Virus record (IMG/VR): IMGVR_UViG_3300032277_000051
Span: 1-30,636 of that record
DNA: 30,636 nucleotides
Reading direction: 5' to 3' (one strand)
Origin: a virus
Lineage: Duplodnaviria > Caudoviricetes
The position numbers and the translations under genes were made by a program. Numbering within the stretch: the stretch's first letter is position 1; each line of letters begins with the position of its first letter. This document shows positions 8,345-16,819 of the stretch, piece by piece. The notes beneath the pieces are model-generated. The model saw only the letters and a program-made list of their open reading frames with translations. It did not search any database and had not been told where the DNA came from.

Positions 8345-8599
8345 TTAGATTAAATTTAATTCGTCTGTAAAATAGTCTAACGTAGATTGATAGACTGATT
8401 CATCAATCAGCTTTAACTGATAACCACTATCACTCCGAAAATAAGAGGAGATGTGAAATGTGTTAATGATTGATACTTCTTTCCGGGATAGGTTGATTTC
8501 AACACCCTTGCTTGTGGATTTTAGTTTTACAATGCAGGTGATTGTATCTTCAAATACTGCTTCAAAATATGCAGGGTACTTTAGTTCTGTAATACTCAT
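8345..8599 (-). CDS. Hypothetical protein (84 aa)
   Basis: ORF with A-rich leader and an upstream promoter motif. Confidence 0.7.
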   Translation of the reverse strand: MSITELKYPAYFEAVFEDTITCIVKLKSTSKGVEINLSRKEVSIINTFHISSYFRSDSGYQLKLIDESVYQSTLDYFTDELNLI

Positions 8600-8622
8600 C
8601 GGTTGTTTTGTTTTTAGTTATT

Positions 8623-8630
8623 CAAATATA
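8623..8630 (-). promoter_or_regulatory. Bacteroidota -7 promoter element TATATTTG
   Basis: Exact TAnnTTTG match in the intergenic gap upstream of the recombination genes; -33 element not obvious. Confidence 0.55.
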
Positions 8631-8641
8631 AAAATAAATTG

Positions 8642-9034
8642 TTAATAAATAGATAGTTCTGCAATCAAATCTGCATCTCTTTTGTTCTCTCTTTTGCGTT
8701 TCTCAATTCTTTGTTGAGCCATTACAATCTTGAGATTGATATCATCCAACTCCATCCTTCTCACAATAGCAATGTAATCCTCTCTCACTTTTTTGTTGTT
8801 GATACTGAATTGGTTTTCAATGACCTTTGCTGAATGCACAACACTTGAATGGTCACGGTTAATCAAATCTCCTGTTGGCTTACATTTGTGGTAATGTCTG
8901 ACCTTTGCCAGATAGCAATACATTTGTCTCACCTCAATCAACTCTGATAATCTGCTCTTGCTCTTTACATCTTCAATGTCTTGCTCATAGAATGCGCAGC
9001 ACTCTCTCAAAATAATATTTAAATCTAACTTCAT
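8642..9034 (-). CDS. DnaA C-terminal-domain-like HTH protein
   Basis: SKSR..ELIEVRQMYCYLA...GDLINRDHSSVVHS matches the DnaA domain IV signature (R.HSTV.H). Confidence 0.8.
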   Translation of the reverse strand: MKLDLNIILRECCAFYEQDIEDVKSKSRLSELIEVRQMYCYLAKVRHYHKCKPTGDLINRDHSSVVHSAKVIENQFSINNKKVREDYIAIVRRMELDDINLKIVMAQQRIEKRKRENKRDADLIAELSIY

Positions 9035-9417
9035 TTTGTTTTTATTTGTTTTAGTTTATTAATGTAATTCTTATCTGTTGCATAACCTCTGTCAGTTAAA
9101 AACTGATAGTAGTCACCGCCTTTGTAATGTCGTTTCTGCCATCTCTGATAATAAGCAATGGAATCTTGCCATGAATCAAAAATCAAGTACTCACCTTTGT
9201 ACCGGAAACCAAATAAATTATGTCGATGTTTGCATGAGTAACTTGATAGCCATCCTGTTTCCAGAATAATCTGCTGCAATACAATCTCCTTGTGTTGTAT
9301 CTGTGACGCATTTAGATGCGTTTTAACGGACTTAATTGATTGCGCTGATAGTTCACCTATAACGCACAAAATAAAGATGATTAAAAACAACAAATATATT
9401 TTAGTCTTTTCGTTCAT
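9031..9417 (-). CDS. GH73-like glucosaminidase with N-terminal signal/TM segment
   Basis: Q.ILETGW, HNLFG and GYATDKNY motifs; hydrophobic N-terminus. Confidence 0.85.
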   Translation of the reverse strand: MNEKTKIYLLFLIIFILCVIGELSAQSIKSVKTHLNASQIQHKEIVLQQIILETGWLSSYSCKHRHNLFGFRYKGEYLIFDSWQDSIAYYQRWQKRHYKGGDYYQFLTDRGYATDKNYINKLKQIKTK

Positions 9418-9420
9418 TTC

Positions 9421-9615
9421 TTAGTTCTTTAAATCAATGTCATCCAAGTCATAACCTTTAAAAGATTGCCAATTCTCTCTGCTTAATGTCCAACTGTTTT
9501 GATATCCTTTGCTGAATAGCATTTCAATACTGTAATCTCTAATCCTCAAATCTTGCCTCAACAAGAAGTATGCACACGCCCGGCACAACTCCTTATCCTC
9601 TTTTATCTCTGACAT
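9421..9615 (-). CDS. Hypothetical protein (about 64 aa)
   Basis: Start reassigned to ATG at 9615 (MSEIKEDK) because the longer TTG start overlaps the upstream membrane ORF. Confidence 0.6.
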   Translation of the reverse strand: MSEIKEDKELCRACAYFLLRQDLRIRDYSIEMLFSKGYQNSWTLSRENWQSFKGYDLDDIDLKN

Positions 9616-9748
9616 CAAATAAAGGTAATAAGATAACGCCAACAACACCCACCACAATTAATGCAGCAGGTATTGATTTTAGGTTGATTGTTAAGCAGAT
9701 GAGCAATGATAAGAATGCTGATGCTGATAGCCATTTAAATGTATTCAT
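9593..9748 (-). CDS. Small two-TM membrane protein (51 aa, absent from the ORF track)
   Basis: MNTFKWLSASAFLSLLICLTINLKSIPAALIVVGVVGVILLPLFDVRDKRG; ATGA overlap with the upstream stop; fills the operon gap. Confidence 0.7.
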   Translation of the reverse strand: MNTFKWLSASAFLSLLICLTINLKSIPAALIVVGVVGVILLPLFDVRDKRG

Positions 9749-9936
9749 CCTTTCAGTTTTATTAGTTGTAGTCTTACTTTAAGCCAATAAGACGAGGAGA
9801 GCATATTGCCATCGTACTCTTTTAAAAATGGAATGTAAATAATTAATTTTTCTGCACATATTATTGCATGGTCAATGTTGCCATCAAATTGCAACAACAA
9901 GTCTTTCGCTGATAGTTCTGGATTCATAATTACCAA
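9745..9936 (-). CDS. Hypothetical protein (about 60 aa)
   Basis: Packed ORF; A..CAE.LI...YW..V pattern reminiscent of small Bacteroidota phage proteins; exact start uncertain. Confidence 0.65.
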   Translation of the reverse strand: MVIMNPELSAKDLLLQFDGNIDHAIICAEKLIIYIPFLKEYDGNMLSSSYWLKVRLQLIKLKG

Positions 9937-10190
9937 ATATTAATGTTTACAACTGCTGAAATTGATGGTGTATCTGTACCACATGATGAGCAAATGCCAA
10001 CTGCGTACTGTATCATTGAATCACCATCAACACTATTTGCGTTGTATTTGAGTAATGACGTTTGACCGCAATCACATTGGCATGATGAATTACTCCAGAC
10101 ACCATCTTTAAATTTATTATCTGATTCAAATGAATCAATGATAATCTGCTTTGCTTGTTCTTGAGTTTGTACTGCTTGATAAATTTTCAT
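9930..10190 (-). CDS. Hypothetical early protein with CxC/CxxC motifs
   Basis: CQCDCG and CSSCG suggest metal binding; strong A-rich leader. Confidence 0.7.
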   Translation of the reverse strand: MKIYQAVQTQEQAKQIIIDSFESDNKFKDGVWSNSSCQCDCGQTSLLKYNANSVDGDSMIQYAVGICSSCGTDTPSISAVVNINIW

Positions 10191-10470
10191 TTTGTTTTAG
10201 TTTTTAATGTGAATGAGAATGAATTTTTTTAACAAGAAAACAATCTTCCCACCAGTTTCCATTTTCTACTTTATGGGGTTGGTTTACGGTTACTATTTCT
10301 ATCGTTTTACTTCCTATGGCTTCGGACAATTCTCTACCTTTTAAATCAGTATTAAAAAAGAATTGCAACCATGATTCAACAACATTTCTACCTAATGAAT
10401 GAGATTGATTTGTAAATATCAAATTGATATTAAAAAATTTTTGTGTTTTCATTTTGTTTTAGTTTTTAAT
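10184..10470 (-). repeat. 25-bp direct repeat covering the leader and start of the first two early genes
   Basis: TTTTCATTTTGTTTTAGTTTTTAAT at 10184-10208 and 10446-10470 (mRNA sense ATTAAAAACTAAAACAAAATGAAAA). Confidence 0.9.
10204..10452 (-). CDS. Hypothetical protein, first gene of the early operon
   Basis: 82-aa ORF after the divergent AT-rich intergenic region; bracketed by the 25-bp repeat. Confidence 0.7.
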   Translation of the reverse strand: MKTQKFFNINLIFTNQSHSLGRNVVESWLQFFFNTDLKGRELSEAIGSKTIEIVTVNQPHKVENGNWWEDCFLVKKIHSHSH

Positions 10471-10569
10471 TATGACGCAATATATATAATTAACATCAAA
10501 CCGCAAAAACTATTTTTATTGTTTATAACAAATAATTATTAATTATGAGTTACAACGTATATTTAAAGG

Positions 10570-10857
10570 ATGAGGAGAGCGGCCAGAATTGATGCTAATC
10601 AGCGAATCATTGTAAAGGTATTGAGATTGATGGGATATTCTGTTGCAATTACATCAGCAGTTGGCAAAGGATTCCCGGATATCGTTGTAGGTACAGGTAA
10701 AAAGAATTTTCTATTTGAGATTAAAGATGGTAATAAGTACGCATCTCAACAAAAGCTGACAGTTGCAGAGCAAGAATTTTGCGACAATTGGAAAGGTCAG
10801 TATCATGTAATCACCTGTCTTGATGATGCTATCAAAATAATCAACTCAACAGATTAA
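10570..10857 (+). CDS. VRR-NUC domain nuclease (resolvase-like)
   Basis: R.DANQ..IV..LR..G.SV, GFPDIVVG, FEIKDG, KLT..EQ.F...W motifs. Confidence 0.85.
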   Translation: MRRAARIDANQRIIVKVLRLMGYSVAITSAVGKGFPDIVVGTGKKNFLFEIKDGNKYASQQKLTVAEQEFCDNWKGQYHVITCLDDAIKIINSTD

Positions 10858-11071
10858 TCTCATCCCAGAACTCGGAATCAATTTTCTTAATCTCACCGTT
10901 TAACCGTTTCATTTCAGCAGTAAATACTTTCAACTCTTGTGCAGTAATATCAGTTGCATCAATCATTGGAGTAAGGTTGTGCATCTTTTTTAATCTCATA
11001 TCAATCCTTGCCCGGATTGCTTCATTCGTATAGTACCTTGAACGATATGCGTTGTCTTTAGTTCTCATCAT
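10841..11071 (-). CDS. Hypothetical protein (about 76 aa)
   Basis: ORF coupled to the exonuclease stop; last gene of the late run. Confidence 0.65.
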   Translation of the reverse strand: MMRTKDNAYRSRYYTNEAIRARIDMRLKKMHNLTPMIDATDITAQELKVFTAEMKRLNGEIKKIDSEFWDEINLLS

Positions 11072-11844
11072 TTGATTCCATTTAACATTTTGTAATTTAA
11101 TAAATCTTGATAAACTTTGCCACTAACTGTGTAAAGAGTTTTGCAATCTCTGCACATCAAATTGAATCTCTGTACTCCTGTGGTTGTTGTATATCTTTTG
11201 CTTAATCCAACATTATGAGATGCGCACTCTGGGCAGCTGCATTTGCTATGACCTGCAAGTACACCGTAATGAGTTTTGTTTTTGGTTATCTTGTTTAGTT
11301 TCTCAAATACTTTCTCCAGAATCACAACATCATTATCACAGTACTCAATCATCTTTAACAATGCAGACCTATCATTGTCAAGGCACACATCTTTCCACAA
11401 ATCAAAACCACCTGTATCTGTCTTTGAGCCAACACCAAAGTATTGTGCAATGTAGTCTAATTTGTTGCTATTCATATATAGGCAACTCTTTGCGAGTTTC
11501 AAAGTATCAACCGTTCTGTAATTCACTTGAGTTTCAATGCCATGATACAAGCATCTTGTCTTAATCCATTTCAAATCAAACCTGTCACCGTTATGAGCAA
11601 CCATCTCATCAGCTTTGTTCATCTCCTTAACAAACTTCTTGAGCAGTTTCTTATCACATTGCCTACGCCCCCAATCAACATGATGCACATCAGTTTCGCC
11701 TTCCCATTTCCAACTGACGCAAATGATTTGACGTTCTTTAATTATCTGATTAGGTCTGATTGTTTTATTCCATCCGCAACTAAAATCTGCTATTGTATTG
11801 AATGACGTTTCTATGTCATAAAATAACCGTTTACGATTTATCAT
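11068..11844 (-). CDS. RNase H-like (DnaQ/DEDD) 3'-5' exonuclease with C-terminal zinc ribbon
   Basis: YDIETS, AHNGDRFD, NKLDY, YC.NDV; CPEC...CRDC. Likely start ATG at 11844 (MINRKR). Confidence 0.88.
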   Translation of the reverse strand: MINRKRLFYDIETSFNTIADFSCGWNKTIRPNQIIKERQIICVSWKWEGETDVHHVDWGRRQCDKKLLKKFVKEMNKADEMVAHNGDRFDLKWIKTRCLYHGIETQVNYRTVDTLKLAKSCLYMNSNKLDYIAQYFGVGSKTDTGGFDLWKDVCLDNDRSALLKMIEYCDNDVVILEKVFEKLNKITKNKTHYGVLAGHSKCSCPECASHNVGLSKRYTTTTGVQRFNLMCRDCKTLYTVSGKVYQDLLNYKMLNGIK

Positions 11845-12301
11845 ATTTTTCCTTGTGATACTTCTCAATTGTCCTTGCTCCAAAATATGCACCGTTCACC
11901 GCTAATGCTAATACCTCAAAAACTGTTATATAGATTGAATCTATTGAAACACCAAGAGCATCCATTACCACCAAGATTGTAAGCAGTATCCAAGTGTAGG
12001 CAAGTACAACCGGGCGAATAAGTTTAGGCAATTTTAAATCTTGCTGATTGTCTGACTTCCATCTCGCACTAATTTCAGCTTGTTCAACTTGCTCAATCTC
12101 TAATAACTTGTATGCAAATTCCTTATCATATTCGTGCAACGTATCATCATTATCTAACAGATTTTTGGCAATACCAAGCACACCATTATCCGGTAATACA
12201 TCACCAATCACATCAAGAATCTTTGGTGCTTTGTCTTTTAAGAAAATACCAATTGATGTATCTTTGAATTTCTTTCTGGCTCTCCTGTCTTTTCGGCTCA
12301 T
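11831..12301 (-). CDS. Putative holin (3TM/GTA-holin-like)
   Basis: RW.SD...K.IRP.VL, two TM helices and AYFGART.EK; adjacent to the endolysin. Confidence 0.75.
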   Translation of the reverse strand: MSRKDRRARKKFKDTSIGIFLKDKAPKILDVIGDVLPDNGVLGIAKNLLDNDDTLHEYDKEFAYKLLEIEQVEQAEISARWKSDNQQDLKLPKLIRPVVLAYTWILLTILVVMDALGVSIDSIYITVFEVLALAVNGAYFGARTIEKYHKEKYDKS

Positions 12302-12732
12302 GGATTCACAATTTTAAACTCCTCAAGACCTGTCAATCTGCAATCAAGATGCAACCATGTTGGTGTGTGTTCAATGTTTTCAATGGTTGATAATCCAATA
12401 CCAAAGTATTTATCTTGATTGTGCAATATGAAATCATATACTTCTTTAATACTCATCCCTGCGAACTTGCAATCAATGGCTCTGCCATATTTATGCTGCG
12501 AGTACTTTGCACCAATCTTAGAGCCTTGAGTACGCAACCCGGATGATTTATATTGCCCACCTGTCATGTAGTTGTTAATGGTTATCGGCACACCTAAATC
12601 ATCTCTCAACTCTTGTGCGACTGTAATGATTCTGTGGTCAATAAACCACAAAGCATTTGCACCGAACTTGTTGTGATAATCTGGATGCACAAACTCATCC
12701 AAATGAAAGTTATCTGTAATCCTGTATCTCAT
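12298..12732 (-). CDS. Endolysin, peptidase M15 family
   Basis: NFHLDEF, SGLR, SQHKYGRAID and WLHLD zinc-peptidase motifs. Confidence 0.88.
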   Translation of the reverse strand: MRYRITDNFHLDEFVHPDYHNKFGANALWFIDHRIITVAQELRDDLGVPITINNYMTGGQYKSSGLRTQGSKIGAKYSQHKYGRAIDCKFAGMSIKEVYDFILHNQDKYFGIGLSTIENIEHTPTWLHLDCRLTGLEEFKIVNP

Positions 12733-12929
12733 CCAAACATTGATTTAATAAATGTCGATATGCTAACGGCAGCAGTACCAATCACACCCCATTTAAACTT
12801 ATTCAAGTCTTTAACATCCTTTTCAACATTGGTTAATCTTCTGCCTTTATCTTCCAACTTCTGCTCAACAACTGCCAGAGATGTTTTCATCTCAATCTGA
12901 TTATCAAGTATCTTGTCTAACTTATCCAT
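12729..12929 (-). CDS. Small coiled-coil + C-terminal TM protein (XhlA-like lysis accessory)
   Basis: Coiled coil followed by KWGVIGTAAVSISTFI; directly upstream of the endolysin. Confidence 0.6.
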   Translation of the reverse strand: MDKLDKILDNQIEMKTSLAVVEQKLEDKGRRLTNVEKDVKDLNKFKWGVIGTAAVSISTFIKSMFG

Positions 12930-13423
12930 TATGCTTTAGGGATTACACAAGCATTGAGATTAATTGCTTGTCTGATTGTAATGTCAAACACCCATCCAAC
13001 AAGATTATCATCAAACCGTTCAGTAAATGATGTGCCTGTTGATGTGCCTTGATTATAAATTCTTACTGCATTAGTTTTAAATGATGGCTCAATTTGTAAG
13101 TAAGCTAAAAAGTCTTGATAGATTAATAATGTATTTGACTTGATATTATTCTCAATAGTTTCCTCGCCATCTTTATCAAACTCAATCCCGGCAACAACTA
13201 TCTGGAATGAGTAATCAAGTTCACCCGGAGAGAATGTTGCACCATTATCAGCAACCCAAAACACCGGATAATTACGGTAATCAAATTCACCTGCTTTTGT
13301 TTTCTCAACCAACTCCCAGAAATCACCATTGCCAAAGTAGTTAATCTCATAATGAGCATCAGCAAATTCTTGAAAGATGGTAATCATCTGCAAGTAAGTA
13401 ATATGTTTAGTCTTTATTGCCAT
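12929..13423 (-). CDS. Putative tail terminator/completion protein
   Basis: 164 aa; YP....FTERFDD...GW......C.IP pattern; follows the head-tail adaptor. Confidence 0.55.
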   Translation of the reverse strand: MAIKTKHITYLQMITIFQEFADAHYEINYFGNGDFWELVEKTKAGEFDYRNYPVFWVADNGATFSPGELDYSFQIVVAGIEFDKDGEETIENNIKSNTLLIYQDFLAYLQIEPSFKTNAVRIYNQGTSTGTSFTERFDDNLVGWVFDITIRQAINLNACVIPKA

Positions 13424-13514
13424 ATCTCTTTTTGAAATAGTTTAATAACTCCTTCTCTGATTTACCCCATTTCCACTTTTTTTGCTTAGGAGTTGCTTTC
13501 CCAATATCGTGCAT
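13407..13514 (-). CDS. Small basic protein (35 aa, absent from the ORF track)
   Basis: MHDIGKATPKQKKWKWGKSEKELLNYFKKRYGNKD; overlaps both neighbours and fills the gap. Confidence 0.5.
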   Translation of the reverse strand: MHDIGKATPKQKKWKWGKSEKELLNYFKKRYGNKD

Positions 13515-14046
13515 CTTTTTTACCATAATACTTTTTAGCTTGTCCTAAATATAACCCTGTCCTTGCAGCAGATTTCAATGGAGATACCTCACCGCCTTCA
13601 TCATTAGTACAGTACTCCGGGAATAATGATGTATTGCAGGTCAAGTAGTCAACCATCTTCATACCGTAAAAGTCTGCTTTGCGTTGTGCTTTCTCCATTA
13701 AGAAATTCAATTCTTGAAATGATACTGTTTGACTGTTCTCACTATTCTTGGTTGATGTACCTTTGTTTCTGATTTTATAGTTATTCATGTAGATGATGTC
13801 ATGTTCTGTCCACTTAACCAAAGTATTCACAACATAATCATTCATTAATGTCAAGTAATCACCTGTTAATGTACCACCAATTATCTTAGTCTTTAATGCC
13901 TCATACAATCGTGTGCCTAATAATGGCTCAATGTACATTGCTTGAGCATCTTGTATTGCAGCAGTCAGCACCTTTGCACCTACATTATCAGATACAACCG
14001 TGTTGCTTTTAAAGTAGTCTTCCGTAATAAATAATACCTTTGCCAT
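13486..14046 (-). CDS. Head-tail adaptor (DUF6712-like)
   Basis: LFITE...I..AQ..YI.P.LGT.LY..L pattern; TAATG coupling to the portal stop fixes the start at 14046. Confidence 0.7.
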   Translation of the reverse strand: MAKVLFITEDYFKSNTVVSDNVGAKVLTAAIQDAQAMYIEPLLGTRLYEALKTKIIGGTLTGDYLTLMNDYVVNTLVKWTEHDIIYMNNYKIRNKGTSTKNSENSQTVSFQELNFLMEKAQRKADFYGMKMVDYLTCNTSLFPEYCTNDEGGEVSPLKSAARTGLYLGQAKKYYGKKDARYWESNS

Positions 14047-16073
14047 TATTGTTGTTTTTTTCTTATGATAGTCTGCTGAAAAATATGTCTGCACCACGGG
14101 GTGATTCTGCCGGTTGTAGGATTATTGTAATATCCACCTCTGGATGTAAACACATCTAATCCTTGCCCATTGCTCAAACCGTTAATCTCTTGCCTTGAAT
14201 ACAGTTTACGTTGTGCCATCATTGAGATACAGAAATTTCTTGACCTACCTTTTAATGCAGGTGCATCAGAACGTAGAGCATATCTGTATGCAATTGATAA
14301 CTGACTTTTCGCAATCTCTGCAACCGTATCCTCACCATCTTTTGTGACTTGTCTTTCAACCAATCCATTTGCATCTGTTACAATGTTTAATGCACCTGCC
14401 TCTTGCAGCTTTAACAATGAATCATTAACAACATCATCCGGGAGTTTCAATGCCCTTGACAGGTCTTTAATTGATGCGTTAGGATTGTTCTGCACTTGCT
14501 CAAGGATTGCCATGTCTGTTGCTGACAGATTAGGTATTGCAGCGAACTTATGCAACTGCTTTTGTGCATTATCATCCTCAATTAGAAAATCCTCAATGCT
14601 TGTGCATTTTAATTCCTTTACAGATAGAATCTCATAATCTGATTCGTCAACTCCACAACTTTCAAAATGAGATAATATAGTTGATTCAATCTCATCTTCA
14701 TTTGCAAATTCACTTGTGGTTGTTGTTGTAGTTCGCTTGACCTCTCCAACATCTGGCAATCCAACCAATGCTCTTATCTCTGCAACAGACATATTGTCAA
14801 GTACCTTCGTTGCAACCAATGGTGATATCATTCCAATTGCCTCTGCAACAGGATTTGCACCCCCCTCAATTACATCAAACCCCATCATCTCACGTATCTC
14901 CTCTTGAGTAAGATTAGCAATCATTGTTGCAGTATCTAATTGCGCACCAATTGGCTCTAATGGTTTTATCTCTAATATTCTTGGAATACCATTCACAGAG
15001 ATAATTGAGTTGAATACAACCTCTTGCTGCTCTTGCTTTGGAGTTGCGTACCTTGATTGATAAGCAGCTTGTGCAATTCGCATCTCATCAGCATTGTTGC
15101 TCAATCCGTTCTGCCCTTCTTTCCATCCAAACAATATTGGATTGATAACCCGGTGAGCAACAAGTAATGTACTGTCAATTCGTTTCTCTAATACTTGATA
15201 CATATCAGATATGTTGCTTGGTGTGATTGGTTGAACCTCAACACTCCTGTCTTTGCTATCAGAGAAATTGAGCAAGAACTTACCTGCATTATCAGTACCG
15301 CTAAATTTATCCTCAATCATTCGTTCCAACTCCTCGGCTTCCTCATCTGTTGGGATGCCGTTGTTGAAACTCAACATCATGGTAGGTGTGAACCCGGATT
15401 GAATAGCAGACAAATCAAATTGAGCCAATTCAAAATCTGCTTCAATCATTGGGACTGCCGGTAGGTAAGTTGGCAAAGGATAAACTGTTTTTGAGTTTGA
15501 ATTGTCAACTGCTAAAATCTGCTTACCACCTTTCTCATTTACATTAAATGCCGGAATCATCTCGTAATCATCATTGCCCTCTGGCTTTCTATTACTCCAA
15601 TCCTCTGTAATATAGAACATGGATTTGTCTGCATTAGTTCTTACATATCTAAAATCAATGTAATTAACCTCTGCAATTTGCGTGTTGTCCTTACTCCAAA
15701 TCAATTCAAGATAATAACCACCATACAGAACATCATCAAAATTAATCTGTCTTGAAAGTTTGTTTAATGTTTCATCTGGATTCGGTGATGCAATGAACAA
15801 TTTTGCTTGTGCTATTGATTGATTAGTCACATTCGCTGATTGGTCAACACTCCATCCTCTGCCATTAATGAAATCAACCTTACCATCAACTAATGCACGA
15901 TGCTTTGCACTTCGATTATAAAGGTCAAGTAAGTACTGTGGATAGTTGTTTCTGTAATCCCTTTCCGTACCAAAGCAGATGTATTCTTTGTTTCTCTCCT
16001 CTTTGATTGTTGGCGGCTTTGCATCTGCAAAATTTAATGAGATTATATTATATTTTTGTTTTAACTTATCCAT
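14046..16073 (-). CDS. Portal protein with C-terminal extension
   Basis: YP.YL.DLYN.S.KH.A....K..FI.G.G, YPLP.Y, F.GTDNAGK, AHRV..P.LFG portal motifs; extra ~300 aa with a wHTH-like and a CRH motif. Confidence 0.88.
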   Translation of the reverse strand: MDKLKQKYNIISLNFADAKPPTIKEERNKEYICFGTERDYRNNYPQYLLDLYNRSAKHRALVDGKVDFINGRGWSVDQSANVTNQSIAQAKLFIASPNPDETLNKLSRQINFDDVLYGGYYLELIWSKDNTQIAEVNYIDFRYVRTNADKSMFYITEDWSNRKPEGNDDYEMIPAFNVNEKGGKQILAVDNSNSKTVYPLPTYLPAVPMIEADFELAQFDLSAIQSGFTPTMMLSFNNGIPTDEEAEELERMIEDKFSGTDNAGKFLLNFSDSKDRSVEVQPITPSNISDMYQVLEKRIDSTLLVAHRVINPILFGWKEGQNGLSNNADEMRIAQAAYQSRYATPKQEQQEVVFNSIISVNGIPRILEIKPLEPIGAQLDTATMIANLTQEEIREMMGFDVIEGGANPVAEAIGMISPLVATKVLDNMSVAEIRALVGLPDVGEVKRTTTTTTSEFANEDEIESTILSHFESCGVDESDYEILSVKELKCTSIEDFLIEDDNAQKQLHKFAAIPNLSATDMAILEQVQNNPNASIKDLSRALKLPDDVVNDSLLKLQEAGALNIVTDANGLVERQVTKDGEDTVAEIAKSQLSIAYRYALRSDAPALKGRSRNFCISMMAQRKLYSRQEINGLSNGQGLDVFTSRGGYYNNPTTGRITPWCRHIFQQTIIRKKQQ

Positions 16074-16075
16074 TT

Positions 16076-16819
16076 TTAAATTCCATATTTTGTACTAAAA
16101 AAATTGTGCAGTTGTGTTAATTCTGTTGGCGTAACTTCTGCCCATTTTATAAAAATTGATGCAATATATCCATCAAAATACTGACCGCCAGAAAATCCTT
16201 TACCTAACCACATTCGACTAAAACTATTTGAGCCTACGTCTGTATCAGCATTGAATACGATTTGAGTACCGTTCTTGTAAAAATTCCCTATCGTACCACT
16301 TTCTAACATTGTCAGATATTGCCAGTCAGCCGTAACAGTACCCCAAAAAATTTGTTTAGTAACACCGCTTAAATCTCTTTCAAAGAATTGATAATCACCC
16401 GTAGCCATTCCTCTAAAATTTCTATAAAAAGGAAAATTAGATGTTGCTTCAGTAAACACCCAAGGCGCACCTGCGTTTACAACTACATTAGGTTTCATCA
16501 CAAAAATGATTGTTGCTGGTGTATCGGGCAAAGGTATTCCAGTAGCTAAGGTATTATTTTCTAAAAAGTCAGATGCGAACAGTACTCCGGGATAACCGTT
16601 AATTTGGTTAGTTTTATACTGTGGTCTAAAACCAGAAGCAGATTGAGCAAATGTATGATTGCTATCTTTTAACACCGCAATATTTTGCCCATCTGTTGGC
16701 GGAGTTGTTTCCGCAATATCAGTAAATAATCCACCCTCTGAATCCCAATAAAATTCTGGATTCAAATCAATAGGATTGAATGTAACATCAGCAGAGTAAT
16801 ATGTAAACCGTTTACTCAT
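16076..16819 (-). CDS. Concanavalin A/LamG-like virion accessory protein
   Basis: Beta-rich; P.Y.TN.ING.PGV.F, FYKNG, LG.....YFDG.IA.......T.TE..QL......KYGI pattern. Confidence 0.65.
   Translation of the reverse strand: MSKRFTYYSADVTFNPIDLNPEFYWDSEGGLFTDIAETTPPTDGQNIAVLKDSNHTFAQSASGFRPQYKTNQINGYPGVLFASDFLENNTLATGIPLPDTPATIIFVMKPNVVVNAGAPWVFTEATSNFPFYRNFRGMATGDYQFFERDLSGVTKQIFWGTVTADWQYLTMLESGTIGNFYKNGTQIVFNADTDVGSNSFSRMWLGKGFSGGQYFDGYIASIFIKWAEVTPTELTQLHNFFSTKYGI

Noticed and set aside
10471-10569. Lysogeny switch or repressor operators in the divergent gap
   Set aside because: Only degenerate promoter-like AT tracts; no repressor, integrase or convincing operator repeats, so lifestyle cannot be called.
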